Source of the DNA: an uncultured Gemmatimonadales bacterium
GTDB taxonomy: Bacteria > Gemmatimonadota > Gemmatimonadetes > Gemmatimonadales > GWC2-71-9
Assembly (NCBI GenBank): GCA_963795085.1
Contig: CAWCFX010000001.1
Coordinates: 736,001-800,000 of the forward strand
Reading direction: 5' to 3'
Length of the DNA stretch: 64,000 bases
The translations under genes were made by a program, and so were the position numbers. Shown in pieces: positions 19,796 through 28,712 of the stretch. How positions within the stretch are numbered: the stretch's first letter is position 1; each line of letters starts with the position of its first letter. Under the pieces are notes generated by a model, which was not told where the DNA came from, ran no database searches, and saw only the letters and a program-made list of their open reading frames with translations.

Positions 19796-20851
19796 ATGTT
19801 TCTCGAACTCGACCATCTCACCAAGCGCTTCGGCGCCCACCTCGCGGTGGACGATGTCTCGCTCCGCCTCGAGCGGGGCAAGATCCTCGCCCTGCTCGGC
19901 CCCAGCGGCAGCGGGAAGACCACCACGCTCCGCCTGCTCGCGGGTTTCGAGCGGCCGGATGCCGGCGCCGTCAGGGTGGACGGCGAGGACGTCACCCAGG
20001 CGACCCCGGTGCACCGGCGGTTCGGGATGGTCTTCCAGCACTACGCGCTGTTCCCCCATCTCGACGTAGGCCAGAACGTGGCCTTCGGGCTGGAATCGCT
20101 GGGCATCAAGGGGGGCGACCTGGGACGCCGGGTCACGGCCGCGCTGGAGCTGGTGGACATGGCCGGCTTCGAACGGCGGCGGGTCGGAGAGCTTTCCGGC
20201 GGGCAGCAGCAGCGGGTGGCGCTGGCCCGGGCGCTGGCTCCGGAACCCCGGGTCCTGCTGCTGGACGAACCGCTCTCGAACCTGGATCCTTCCCTGCGGG
20301 AACGCACCCGGAAAGAAATCCGCGAGGTGATCCACCGGGTCGGCATTACCACCGTGCTGGTGACCCACGAACAGGAGGAGGCCTTTGACCTGGGGGACCG
20401 GATCGCGGTGCTGCGCGACGGCCGGCTGGAACAGAGCGGCACCGCGGACGAGTTGTACGACACCCCCGCGACCCGGTTCGTGGCGGGGTTTATCGGGCGG
20501 GCGAGCGGCTTACCGGTCCAGGTGACCGACCGGGATGAAACCGGGGTGACGGTCGAGATCGCGACGGGTTCCCGGCTCACGATCCCCGGTTCTGGCGGGC
20601 CGGCGCCCGGCGCCCCGGCCGTCCTGCTCGCGCGGCCGGAGGCGTTTCGCTTTGCCTCAGGGCAGGATGTTGCCCTCCGCGGCACCGTCACTGGACGGCG
20701 ATTCGTCGGGGGGACGGCGCTGTTCCTGGTGGCCCTTCCCGGTGGGCGGCTGCTGGAAGTGAGTGCCGAGCCGAACGCGGCCCTGGCGGGGCAGGAGGTT
20801 GGACTGGCACCGACGGGACGGGGCCTCCACCTGTTCCCGGACAGCGCATGA
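19796..20851 (+). CDS. ABC transporter ATP-binding protein (PotA/FbpC-like)
   Basis: GPSGSGKTT, FQHYALFPH, LSGGQQQR, LLLDEP, VTH. Confidence 0.93.
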   Translation: MFLELDHLTKRFGAHLAVDDVSLRLERGKILALLGPSGSGKTTTLRLLAGFERPDAGAVRVDGEDVTQATPVHRRFGMVFQHYALFPHLDVGQNVAFGLESLGIKGGDLGRRVTAALELVDMAGFERRRVGELSGGQQQRVALARALAPEPRVLLLDEPLSNLDPSLRERTRKEIREVIHRVGITTVLVTHEQEEAFDLGDRIAVLRDGRLEQSGTADELYDTPATRFVAGFIGRASGLPVQVTDRDETGVTVEIATGSRLTIPGSGGPAPGAPAVLLARPEAFRFASGQDVALRGTVTGRRFVGGTALFLVALPGGRLLEVSAEPNAALAGQEVGLAPTGRGLHLFPDSA

Positions 20852-22500
20852 GACAGCTGCGCCGTCTGCTGCCGGCCATTCTGCTGCTGGGGTTTCTGCT
20901 CTGGCTGGTTGTGTATCCACTCGGCCTGGTCGCGTTCGAGAGCATACGGGGGCCGGCGGGCTGGACCGGCGAATATTTCGCCCGGTTCGTTCGCCGGCCC
21001 AATGAGTGGCAGGCGCTCTGGGGCTCACTCTGGATCAGCGCTGCCACGGTCGCGCTTGCCGGGCTTATTGGGGTTCCGCTGGCTTTTCTCTTTTCACGCT
21101 ACGAGTTTCCCGGCCGCCGTCTGCTGGGCGGGCTGGTAGCCCTGCCGGTGGTCCTTCCGCCGCTGGTGGGCGTGATCTCCTTTCTTTTTCTGTTCGGCGA
21201 GACCGGTTTTCTGGCCCGCGTGGTCCAGCTGGCCACCGGGACCACCGAACCGCCATGGCGGCTGCAGGGGGCGGGTGCCATCCTGCTGGTCCACGCGTAC
21301 TCGATGTATGTCTATTTCTATCTCTTCACCCGGGCCGCCTTCGCCCACCTCGATCCCTCGCTGCTGGAGGCGGCCGCCGCGCTGGGCGCCGGGGGCCGGC
21401 GCACGCTGTTCCGGGTGACCTTGCCGTTGCTCCGGCCGGCGCTCCTGGGCGCCGCCGTACTCACTTTCATGACCTCGCTGGCCAGTTTCAGCGCTCCGTA
21501 CATCTTCGGCGGCGGGTTCCGGGTCATGACGACGCAGATCGTCGCCACCCGGCTCAACGGCGACGTCGCCATGGCCATGGTGGAGACGGTTTCTCTCACG
21601 GCTATCGCATTGATCGGCCTCTGGCTGCTGCGGCGGACCGAAGGGCGGGAGGTGGTCGGTGGCCGCAAGGGATCGGGAACCGCCCGGCTGGCGGTGTCCG
21701 GCCGGACCCGGGTGGTGCTGGCCGCGGGCGCCACCCTGTTGACGGCGCTCCTGCTGCTGCCCCATGTCACCCTGGTGCTGCTTTCGTTTGTGCCGGTGGG
21801 GACCTGGACCACCGAGGCGATTCCGCCGGTTTATACCGCGGGCAACTACCTGGCCCTGCTGCGGGAGCCGGAGCGGTTCCGCCCCCTGTTCAACAGCCTC
21901 TGGATGGCGACGGCGGCGATGGTCGCCGCGATGGCGGTCGCGGTGCTGGCGGGGCATCTGGTGGTGCGCCGCAAGGTCCGGGGCGGCGGGCTGATCGAGT
22001 GGCTGCTGGCGGTGCCGTGGGCGGTACCGGGGACCGTCTTTGCGATCGCGCTGGCGACGATGTTCGCGGTGTCCCAGCCTCTCGCCGGACGGTTCGTGCT
22101 CATCGGGACCCTCTGGCTGTTGCCGCTTGCGTATCTCATCCGGAACCTGCCCATGGCGGGCCGCGCGGTCATCGCCGGCTACCGGCAGCTCGATCCGTCC
22201 ATGGAGGAGGCGGCCGCCTCCCTGGGCGCGGGCCGCTGGCGCACGCTGCGGCGGGTGACGCTGCCCCTGCTGCGTCCGGCGCTGGCGGCGGGGGCCACCC
22301 TCGCCTTTGCCACCGGGCTGGGTGATTTTGTCACCTCCATCATGCTCTATACCTACGACACCCGGCCGATCTCCATGGAGATTCTTTCCAGCCTGCGGCA
22401 GGCGGACATCGGGGTCGCGGCCGCGTACGGGGTGTTTCTCATGCTGATCAGCGGCCTCGTGTTTGCCCTGGGCACCGAGCGAAAGACGGCCACGGGATGA
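20848..22500 (+). CDS. ABC transporter permease (FbpB-like, two EAA loops)
   Basis: LDPSLLEAAAALGA and LDPSMEEAAASLGA; ATGA overlap with the ATPase. Confidence 0.92.
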   Translation: MRQLRRLLPAILLLGFLLWLVVYPLGLVAFESIRGPAGWTGEYFARFVRRPNEWQALWGSLWISAATVALAGLIGVPLAFLFSRYEFPGRRLLGGLVALPVVLPPLVGVISFLFLFGETGFLARVVQLATGTTEPPWRLQGAGAILLVHAYSMYVYFYLFTRAAFAHLDPSLLEAAAALGAGGRRTLFRVTLPLLRPALLGAAVLTFMTSLASFSAPYIFGGGFRVMTTQIVATRLNGDVAMAMVETVSLTAIALIGLWLLRRTEGREVVGGRKGSGTARLAVSGRTRVVLAAGATLLTALLLLPHVTLVLLSFVPVGTWTTEAIPPVYTAGNYLALLREPERFRPLFNSLWMATAAMVAAMAVAVLAGHLVVRRKVRGGGLIEWLLAVPWAVPGTVFAIALATMFAVSQPLAGRFVLIGTLWLLPLAYLIRNLPMAGRAVIAGYRQLDPSMEEAAASLGAGRWRTLRRVTLPLLRPALAAGATLAFATGLGDFVTSIMLYTYDTRPISMEILSSLRQADIGVAAAYGVFLMLISGLVFALGTERKTATG

Positions 22501-23741
22501 CCCGCGCGGCCCCCAGCCCCTCGAACAACCGGGCCCACTTCCGCCAGCTGGCGGTGTTGATCGGTGTGAACGCCGTCGACATGATCGGGTTTGCGATCGT
22601 GCTGCCGCTGCTGCCCTTCTACGCCCTCAACTTCAACGCCACGCCGGTGGAAATCGGCTGGCTGATGGCGGCTTTCTCAGTGGCGCAGCTGCTCTCATCG
22701 CCCCTGTGGGGCCGCTTCTCCGACCGCTACGGCCGGCGGCCGGCGCTGCTGGTGGGGCTCACGGCCTCGGCCCTGGCTTACGTGGTGTTCGGGCTGGCCG
22801 ATTCGTTATGGATGCTGTTTCTGTCCCGGGTCGTCCAGGGCGCCGGCGGCGGCACCACCGGCGTGGCCCATGCCTACGTGGCCGACACTATGAAGCCGGC
22901 GGACCGGGCTCGGGCCCTGGGATGGCTCTCCGCGGCCACCTCCGCCGGGGTGGCGATCGGGCCCACGCTGGGCTCCTGGTTCAACCTCTGGTTCGGCCAC
23001 AGCGCCCCGGGCTTCGCCGCGGCCGGCCTCTGCCTGGTCAACGTGTTCTTCGCCTGGAAGTGGCTCCCGGAGTCGCACCCGGCCCGTGCTCCCACCGATG
23101 CTCCGGCCCGGCCCAAGGCCCCGATCTGGCATACCGCGTGGGTCGTGGTTTCCCACCCCCGCCAGGCGGTAAGCCGGCTGGTCTGGATCTACGCCGTTGG
23201 CATGCTGGCCTTCACCTGCATGACGGCGGTCGTGGCCCTGTACCTGAACGCCGAGTTCCAGGTCACCGAGAAGACCATCGGCTATTTTTTCACCTATATT
23301 GGTATTCTCTCGTTCGTGATGCGCTCGGTCTTCCTGGGGCCGGTGGTGGACCGGGTCGGCGAGACCTGGGCGATGCGGATCGGCGCCGGCCTGCTGGTGA
23401 TCGGCCTGGTGCTCTACCCCCTGGTGCCGACCATCTGGCTGCTGGTCCTGGTCATTCCCCTGGTGCCGATCGGGACCGCCCTGCTGTTTCCGGCCACCAC
23501 GTCCCTGATGACCAGGGCCTCCGAGAAATCGGAAATCGGCACCACCATGGGAACCGCCCAGTTCTATGCGGGTATCGCTCGGGTAGCCGCCCCACTGGCG
23601 GCCACTTTCGCGTTTCAGACCTATGGCCACGCATCCCCGTTCTTCCTCGGGGCCCTGCTGGTGGCCCTGGTGAGCCTGCTGGCGTTCCGGGTCGAACACC
23701 AGCCGATACATCCTACGCCGTTGCCGGTCAACGAGGGGTAA
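22497..23741 (+). CDS. MFS transporter (TetA/DHA1-like)
   Basis: Motif A GRFSDRYGRRP; about 12 TM; ATGA overlap. Confidence 0.9.
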   Translation: MTRAAPSPSNNRAHFRQLAVLIGVNAVDMIGFAIVLPLLPFYALNFNATPVEIGWLMAAFSVAQLLSSPLWGRFSDRYGRRPALLVGLTASALAYVVFGLADSLWMLFLSRVVQGAGGGTTGVAHAYVADTMKPADRARALGWLSAATSAGVAIGPTLGSWFNLWFGHSAPGFAAAGLCLVNVFFAWKWLPESHPARAPTDAPARPKAPIWHTAWVVVSHPRQAVSRLVWIYAVGMLAFTCMTAVVALYLNAEFQVTEKTIGYFFTYIGILSFVMRSVFLGPVVDRVGETWAMRIGAGLLVIGLVLYPLVPTIWLLVLVIPLVPIGTALLFPATTSLMTRASEKSEIGTTMGTAQFYAGIARVAAPLAATFAFQTYGHASPFFLGALLVALVSLLAFRVEHQPIHPTPLPVNEG

Positions 23742-23751
23742 CTTTCGCGCT

Positions 23752-25512
23752 ATGGTTCTGACACTCCCGTCGTCCCCGAGAGATTTTGCCCGGGCCACCT
23801 GGGGCGACGTGGCTCCGTTCTACGAGGCCCTGGCGGCGGCGCCGCTGGAGGGGGGGCGGGTCGAGTCGTGGCTACGGGACTGGTCCCGCCTGGAAGAACT
23901 CCTGACCGAGGCGGCCGCCACCGCCATGATCGCCTACACCCTCGATACCGACGACCGGGAGCGGGAGAAGCGCCATCTCCGGTTCTCCACCGAGATTCTT
24001 CCCCGGATGGATGAAGAAGGAGTGCGCCTGGCCCGCCGGCTGCTGGACCTGGGCTACAGCCGCCCCGACCTGGTGACCATGCTGGAGCGGTTCCGGACCC
24101 AGATCGAGATCTTCCGGGAAGCGAACGTCGCCCTGTTCGCCGAACTGGAAGAACTGGGGGCCCGGTACCAGAAGATCACCGGTTCCATGGTAGTGGAGTG
24201 GGAAGGCGCCCAGATCACCATTCCCCAACTGGCGCCTCACCTGCGGCATCCAGACCGCACCATCCGGGAAAAAGCCTTCCGGCTCTCCTCGCTCCCGTTC
24301 CGGGACCGGGAAACCGAACTCTCCGACCTGTTCACCCGGATGTTTCATCTCCGGCAGCAGGTCGCCGCCCAGGCCGGGTTTGCCGATTTTCGGGACTACG
24401 CGTTCCGCTCCAAGTTCCGGTTCGACTACACCCCGGGTGACGTCGACCGGTTTCACCGGTCGGTGGAGCAGGTGGTGACGCCGGCGGTGGAGCGGATCCG
24501 GGTACGACGGCGGGAGCGGTTGGGCGTGGACCCGCTCCGCCCGTGGGATACCATGGTGGATCCCTACGGCCACGCGGCCCTGGTCCCATTCGATGGCATC
24601 GACGACCTGACCGAGACGTCCCGGCGGGTGATCGACCGGGTGGATCCGGTGCTGGGGAAGGAATTCGCGACCATGATGCGCGAGGGGTTGCTGGACCTGG
24701 GGAGCCGCAAGGGCAAGGCTCCCGGCGGCTACTGCGAGACGCTGCATTTCCGGGGGCGGCCCTACATCTTCATGAACGCAGCGGGGACGCTGGACGACGT
24801 GATGACCCTTTTCCACGAGGCCGGGCATGCCTTTCACGCGTTCGCGGCACACCCGCTCGAACTGATCTGGCAGCGGCATCCGGGCATGGAGGCCGCAGAG
24901 CTCGCTTCCATGTCCATGGAACTGCTCGCCTCCCGCTACCTCGGCGAAGAATACGGCGGGTTTTTTGCCCCGGAGGAACAGGCGCGGGCCCAGGTGGAGC
25001 ACCTGGAAGACATCCTGATCAGCCTGACCCACATCGCCTCGGTGGACGCCTTTCAGACCTGGCTGTATACCAGCGGGCAGGGCGGGGACGCGGCGGCCCG
25101 CAACCAGGCGTGGCTCACGATCCGGGACCGATTTGACCGGGGGATCGTCTGGACGGGGCTGGAGCGGGAGCGGGTGGCGCGGTGGCACCGGCAGCTGCAC
25201 ATTTTCCTGTATCCGTTCTACTACATCGAATACGGGATTGCCCAGCTGGGGGCGCTGCAGATCTGGCGGAACTCGCTGGAGGATCCTGCCGGGGCGCTGG
25301 CCGCCTATCGGGGCGCCCTGGCGCTGGGCGCCACCCGTTCCCTCCCCGAGATCTACGGCCGGGCCGGTGCCCGGCTGGTCTTCGACGCCGATGGCCTGGC
25401 CGAACTGGTGGAACTGGTCGAGGCGCAGATCGAGGGCGCCGAAGCCAGGATTACCCGCGGTCTCGGGGTGCAGGGAGGTGTGCTGGCCCCAAGAAAGCCC
25501 GAACGGAGTTAG
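23752..25512 (+). CDS. M3 family oligoendopeptidase (PepF-like)
   Basis: [37 protein letters not shown]. Confidence 0.92.
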   Translation: MVLTLPSSPRDFARATWGDVAPFYEALAAAPLEGGRVESWLRDWSRLEELLTEAAATAMIAYTLDTDDREREKRHLRFSTEILPRMDEEGVRLARRLLDLGYSRPDLVTMLERFRTQIEIFREANVALFAELEELGARYQKITGSMVVEWEGAQITIPQLAPHLRHPDRTIREKAFRLSSLPFRDRETELSDLFTRMFHLRQQVAAQAGFADFRDYAFRSKFRFDYTPGDVDRFHRSVEQVVTPAVERIRVRRRERLGVDPLRPWDTMVDPYGHAALVPFDGIDDLTETSRRVIDRVDPVLGKEFATMMREGLLDLGSRKGKAPGGYCETLHFRGRPYIFMNAAGTLDDVMTLFHEAGHAFHAFAAHPLELIWQRHPGMEAAELASMSMELLASRYLGEEYGGFFAPEEQARAQVEHLEDILISLTHIASVDAFQTWLYTSGQGGDAAARNQAWLTIRDRFDRGIVWTGLERERVARWHRQLHIFLYPFYYIEYGIAQLGALQIWRNSLEDPAGALAAYRGALALGATRSLPEIYGRAGARLVFDADGLAELVELVEAQIEGAEARITRGLGVQGGVLAPRKPERS

Positions 25513-25570
25513 ATTAGAGCCCCGCCGGCAGGACGGGCGGGCAGTCCCCTCATTCTGGAGAAACGACCGG

Positions 25571-25789
25571 ATGGCGAAAGAAGCAGGCATCGAAATGGAA
25601 GGCGTAGTGACCGAGGTGCTGCCCGACCGCAACTACCGGGTGCTCCTGGAGAACGGCCATTCCATCCTCGCCTATGCCGCCGGCAAGATGAGCAAACACA
25701 AGATCAGGGTGCTGGAGGGCGACCGGGTGTCCGTGGTCCTGTCCCCGTACGACCTGACCCGGGGACGAGTGATTTACCGACACAAGTGA
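25571..25789 (+). CDS. infA: Translation initiation factor IF-1
   Basis: [43 protein letters not shown], 72 aa. Confidence 0.96.
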   Translation: MAKEAGIEMEGVVTEVLPDRNYRVLLENGHSILAYAAGKMSKHKIRVLEGDRVSVVLSPYDLTRGRVIYRHK

Positions 25790-25902
25790 ATTGAGGGAAT
25801 TGAGGGAATTGAGGGAATTGAGGGAATTGAGGGAATTGAGGGAATTGAAAAAATCGAGGGGATTGGAGGAATTGGCCGACAATTCCCTCAATCCCCTCGA
25901 TT
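25788..25902. repeat. Nonamer tandem repeat (GAATTGAGG)x6 plus degenerate units and a 23-bp hairpin
   Basis: Begins inside the infA TGA; 25852-25874 pairs with 25880-25902. Confidence 0.95.
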
Positions 25903-25917
25903 CTTTTCTTCCTCCGA

Positions 25918-26130
25918 CTACTTGGCCTTGGTCACGTTCTCGGCGGCGGGTCCCTTCTGTCCCTCGACGATGTCGAACTCCACCCGGTCACCTTCGGCGA
26001 GGCTGCGGAAGCCGTCCATCTTGATCGCCGTGTGGTGCACGAAACAGTCCTTGGTGCCGTTCTCCGGGGTGATGAATCCGAAGCCCTTCGCGTCGTTGAA
26101 CCACTTCACAACTCCAATCGTGCGTGCCAT
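25918..26130 (-). CDS. Cold shock protein (CspA family)
   Basis: [34 protein letters not shown]. Confidence 0.96.
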   Translation of the reverse strand: MARTIGVVKWFNDAKGFGFITPENGTKDCFVHHTAIKMDGFRSLAEGDRVEFDIVEGQKGPAAENVTKAK

Positions 26131-26290
26131 ACCGTCCAAACTCCGTGTTGGTGAAAGAAGTCAGGGGCCGCCGTGGCGCACCCGACTGGACAGGAAAGCG
26201 AGAGTTTCTCGCCCCCTGAATTCCCACGCGAATGCCTGGGCGGCAACGTTCCGCCTGCGATTCGCTCGTACCCGCCAGTTAGTATTCGAA
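26131..26290 (-). promoter_or_regulatory. Long structured 5' leader of csp gene
   Basis: Stems tcaggggc/gccccctga, gcgaga/tctcgc, gcgaat..gggcgg/ccgcct..attcgc. Confidence 0.5.
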
Positions 26291-26393
26291 AATGCGCGAA
26301 TCTGGATCCTGGGGAGAGGTCCAACGGGATTCGCTGCAGAGTGCCTGTATCAGCCGCCCCTAATCTGCACGCGGGCGCCGGTTCGTCAAGCCC

Positions 26394-28169
26394 TTAATCC
26401 TCTCCCTCGGGTTTCAGCCACCGGAGGGCGACCTTGGCCCATTCCCCGCTCCGGCGCCGGAGGCCCTGTCCGGTGGCCCGGTTCAGGGCCTGGAGGAACT
26501 CGATTGCGGATGGGTAGCGCTGGTCCACCACGTTCTGCAGGGCCCGTTCCAGGACCGCCTGGAGGTCCTCCGACACGTCCTGCCGCCGGCTCCCCAGGTT
26601 GGGGAAATTGTTGGTGGTCTGCTGGGCCAGCACCTGTTCCAGCGTCAGGCCCAGGAAAGGAGGCTGCCCCAGGAGGGCGAAGTAGGCCACCGCGGCCAGG
26701 CTGTACAGGTCGGAGCGCTGGTCCACCCGCTCGCCCAGCAGTTGTTCCGGGCTGGCGAACTGGGGGGTGCCGCTCTGACTGGTGGCCCCTCCGAACCGAC
26801 CCTGGCCCCGAAGAGCCAGCGCCAGGCCGAAGTCGGTGATCCGCAGGGTGCCGTCCTGTTCGGTCAGCATGTTCTCGGGTTTGAGGTCCCGGTGGACCAG
26901 GCCGAGGGAGTGGGCCTGGGCGAGCGCGTGGAGGGCCTCGCGCAGCAGCCGGATGACCCGTTCGAGGGGCAGCGGCCCCCGTTCGTGCACGAGCGCACTC
27001 AGGCTGGGACCCCTGATCATCTCCATGGTATACCAGATGAGTCCGGAGCGGCCCCCGATGTCGTAGATGTCCACGATGTTCGGGTGGTTGATCCGGGCCG
27101 CCAGCTGGGCTTCCCGGCGAAAGCGCTCCACCACGGCGGGATCGGCCGTGAGCAGGGGATGCAGCACCTTGAGGGCGACCTCCCGTTCCAGGTGGAGGTC
27201 GCGAACCCGGTACACCCGCCCGAACCCGCCCGAGCCGAGGGTATCGAGGAGTTCGTAGTCGTCGCCCAGGGCGCGGCGGAGGCGTTTCTCCCAGCGGGTC
27301 GAATCGAGGGCGTCCGCGGGTGCGCTCATTGAGATGGGCACGGCGGGATTTTCGAAGGTGCCGGCCTCGGATGCGAAGTCTTCGAGCATCTCCGAGGCCG
27401 TCTGGTAGCGGTCGTCGCTGGCCGGGCGCAGCGCCCGCATGATGATTCGCTCGAGGGTGCGGGGGCAGTTGGGGCGGAACGCCGAGGGCGGCTGCAGGTC
27501 GCCAGGGTCGAGCGGCGGCTCCTGCGCCGTGGTGGCGAAATAGAGGATCGCGCCCGCGGTATAGTTGTCGGTTGCCGGATCGCCGGGTTCCCCGTTCCGC
27601 ACCTCGGGCGCCATGTACGCGGTGCCGCTCAGCACATCGTCCGGCGGGATGACCGGCAGGGTCCAGTTGCAGTACCGCACATCGGTCAGGGTGCAGCGCC
27701 CGGCGATGTTGAGAAGCAGCGAGGCGGGCACGATCCGGCGGACCGTCACCCCGTGGGCATGGGCGTGTTCCAGCGCGCCCAGAACGTCCCGGGCGAGGGT
27801 ATGCACGGTGGGCAGGGGCCGGGGTCCCCGCTGGACGGCCTCCTGCAGGCTTTCACCTTCGATCCAGTTGCCGACCCGGAAGGCCAGGTCGCCGATGACG
27901 CCCGCGTCGTAGACGTGCCGGATCGCGGGATGATCGAGATGGGCCAGGGCCTCCGCTTCCCGCAGAAACCAGCGGCGGGTCCGGTCGCCGGAATAGAAGT
28001 TGACCCGGAGGCTGACCCGCCGCTTCAGCAGGTCGTCCCAGGCGCAGAAAAGGACCCGCTCGCGGGAGATGGCAATGGTCTTCTCCAGCCGGTAGCGGTG
28101 GCCCAGCGCGGCGTCGGTCCGCTGAAAGTAGTCGAGGGACGACGATGGTGAGGGGTCGGGATCGCTCAT
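26394..28169 (-). CDS. Tandem Ser/Thr pseudokinase-kinase (soluble)
   Basis: Domain 2 intact (GSGGFG, VALK, HRDLKPEN, DFG, SPE); domain 1 degenerate (VSLR, VRRIVPAS, DVR) but keeps YMAPE and DNYTAG. Confidence 0.9.
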   Translation of the reverse strand: MSDPDPSPSSSLDYFQRTDAALGHRYRLEKTIAISRERVLFCAWDDLLKRRVSLRVNFYSGDRTRRWFLREAEALAHLDHPAIRHVYDAGVIGDLAFRVGNWIEGESLQEAVQRGPRPLPTVHTLARDVLGALEHAHAHGVTVRRIVPASLLLNIAGRCTLTDVRYCNWTLPVIPPDDVLSGTAYMAPEVRNGEPGDPATDNYTAGAILYFATTAQEPPLDPGDLQPPSAFRPNCPRTLERIIMRALRPASDDRYQTASEMLEDFASEAGTFENPAVPISMSAPADALDSTRWEKRLRRALGDDYELLDTLGSGGFGRVYRVRDLHLEREVALKVLHPLLTADPAVVERFRREAQLAARINHPNIVDIYDIGGRSGLIWYTMEMIRGPSLSALVHERGPLPLERVIRLLREALHALAQAHSLGLVHRDLKPENMLTEQDGTLRITDFGLALALRGQGRFGGATSQSGTPQFASPEQLLGERVDQRSDLYSLAAVAYFALLGQPPFLGLTLEQVLAQQTTNNFPNLGSRRQDVSEDLQAVLERALQNVVDQRYPSAIEFLQALNRATGQGLRRRSGEWAKVALRWLKPEGED

Positions 28170-28708
28170 CGCGCCGTGCGGCGCCGGTCCACCCGCATCT
28201 GCTTGCCGCAGGTGGCGCTGCTGCACCAGCGCCGGGAATGATTGGGGGAGGCGTCCACGAAATAGAGGGTGCAGCCGGTGCCCGCGCACTGGCGCAGCAG
28301 GGCGTCGGGGTCGGAGAGCGTGGTGGCCGCGGAGCGGGCGATGGCGTCGATGGCGGTGAGCGTACGGACCGGACTGAACACCGTGCGCCAGCTGCCCTGG
28401 ACCCGGGTCAGCTGGTGGTAGCCGGTGGCCTGTCCCAGTACCGAGTTGATCGCATGAATGGAACTGGCCGGGGCCTGGCGGTCGGCCGCGACCGCCCGGG
28501 CCAGCGCGGCGAGGCGGTCCCGGAATTCGAGTATGTCGCTGTAGGGCAGCGGGGGATCATCGGGGACGAGCTTTTCCAGGCGGGCCCACTCGAGGTAGGC
28601 CGTGAGGTCGGTCAGCCGGTCGGCCACCGGCCCGGTTCCCCCGGCGGTGTTGACGAAATCCAGCCAGATCGCGTCGCCAAGAATGATGAACGGCTGCGGG
28701 GAGGCCAC
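28166..28708 (-). CDS. ABATE domain / CGNR zinc-finger protein
   Basis: WLDFVNT; RQCAGTGCTLYFVDASPNHSRRWCSSATCGKQ; GTG start 28708. Confidence 0.88.
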   Translation of the reverse strand: MASPQPFIILGDAIWLDFVNTAGGTGPVADRLTDLTAYLEWARLEKLVPDDPPLPYSDILEFRDRLAALARAVAADRQAPASSIHAINSVLGQATGYHQLTRVQGSWRTVFSPVRTLTAIDAIARSAATTLSDPDALLRQCAGTGCTLYFVDASPNHSRRWCSSATCGKQMRVDRRRTAR

Positions 28709-28712
28709 CAGG

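Noticed and set aside
25550..26024. ORFs with RELREL/NSLNSL repeats (also 37526-38416 extension, 38209-40083, 46455-46730)
   Set aside because: Translations of intergenic DNA repeats or antisense shadows, not plausible proteins.
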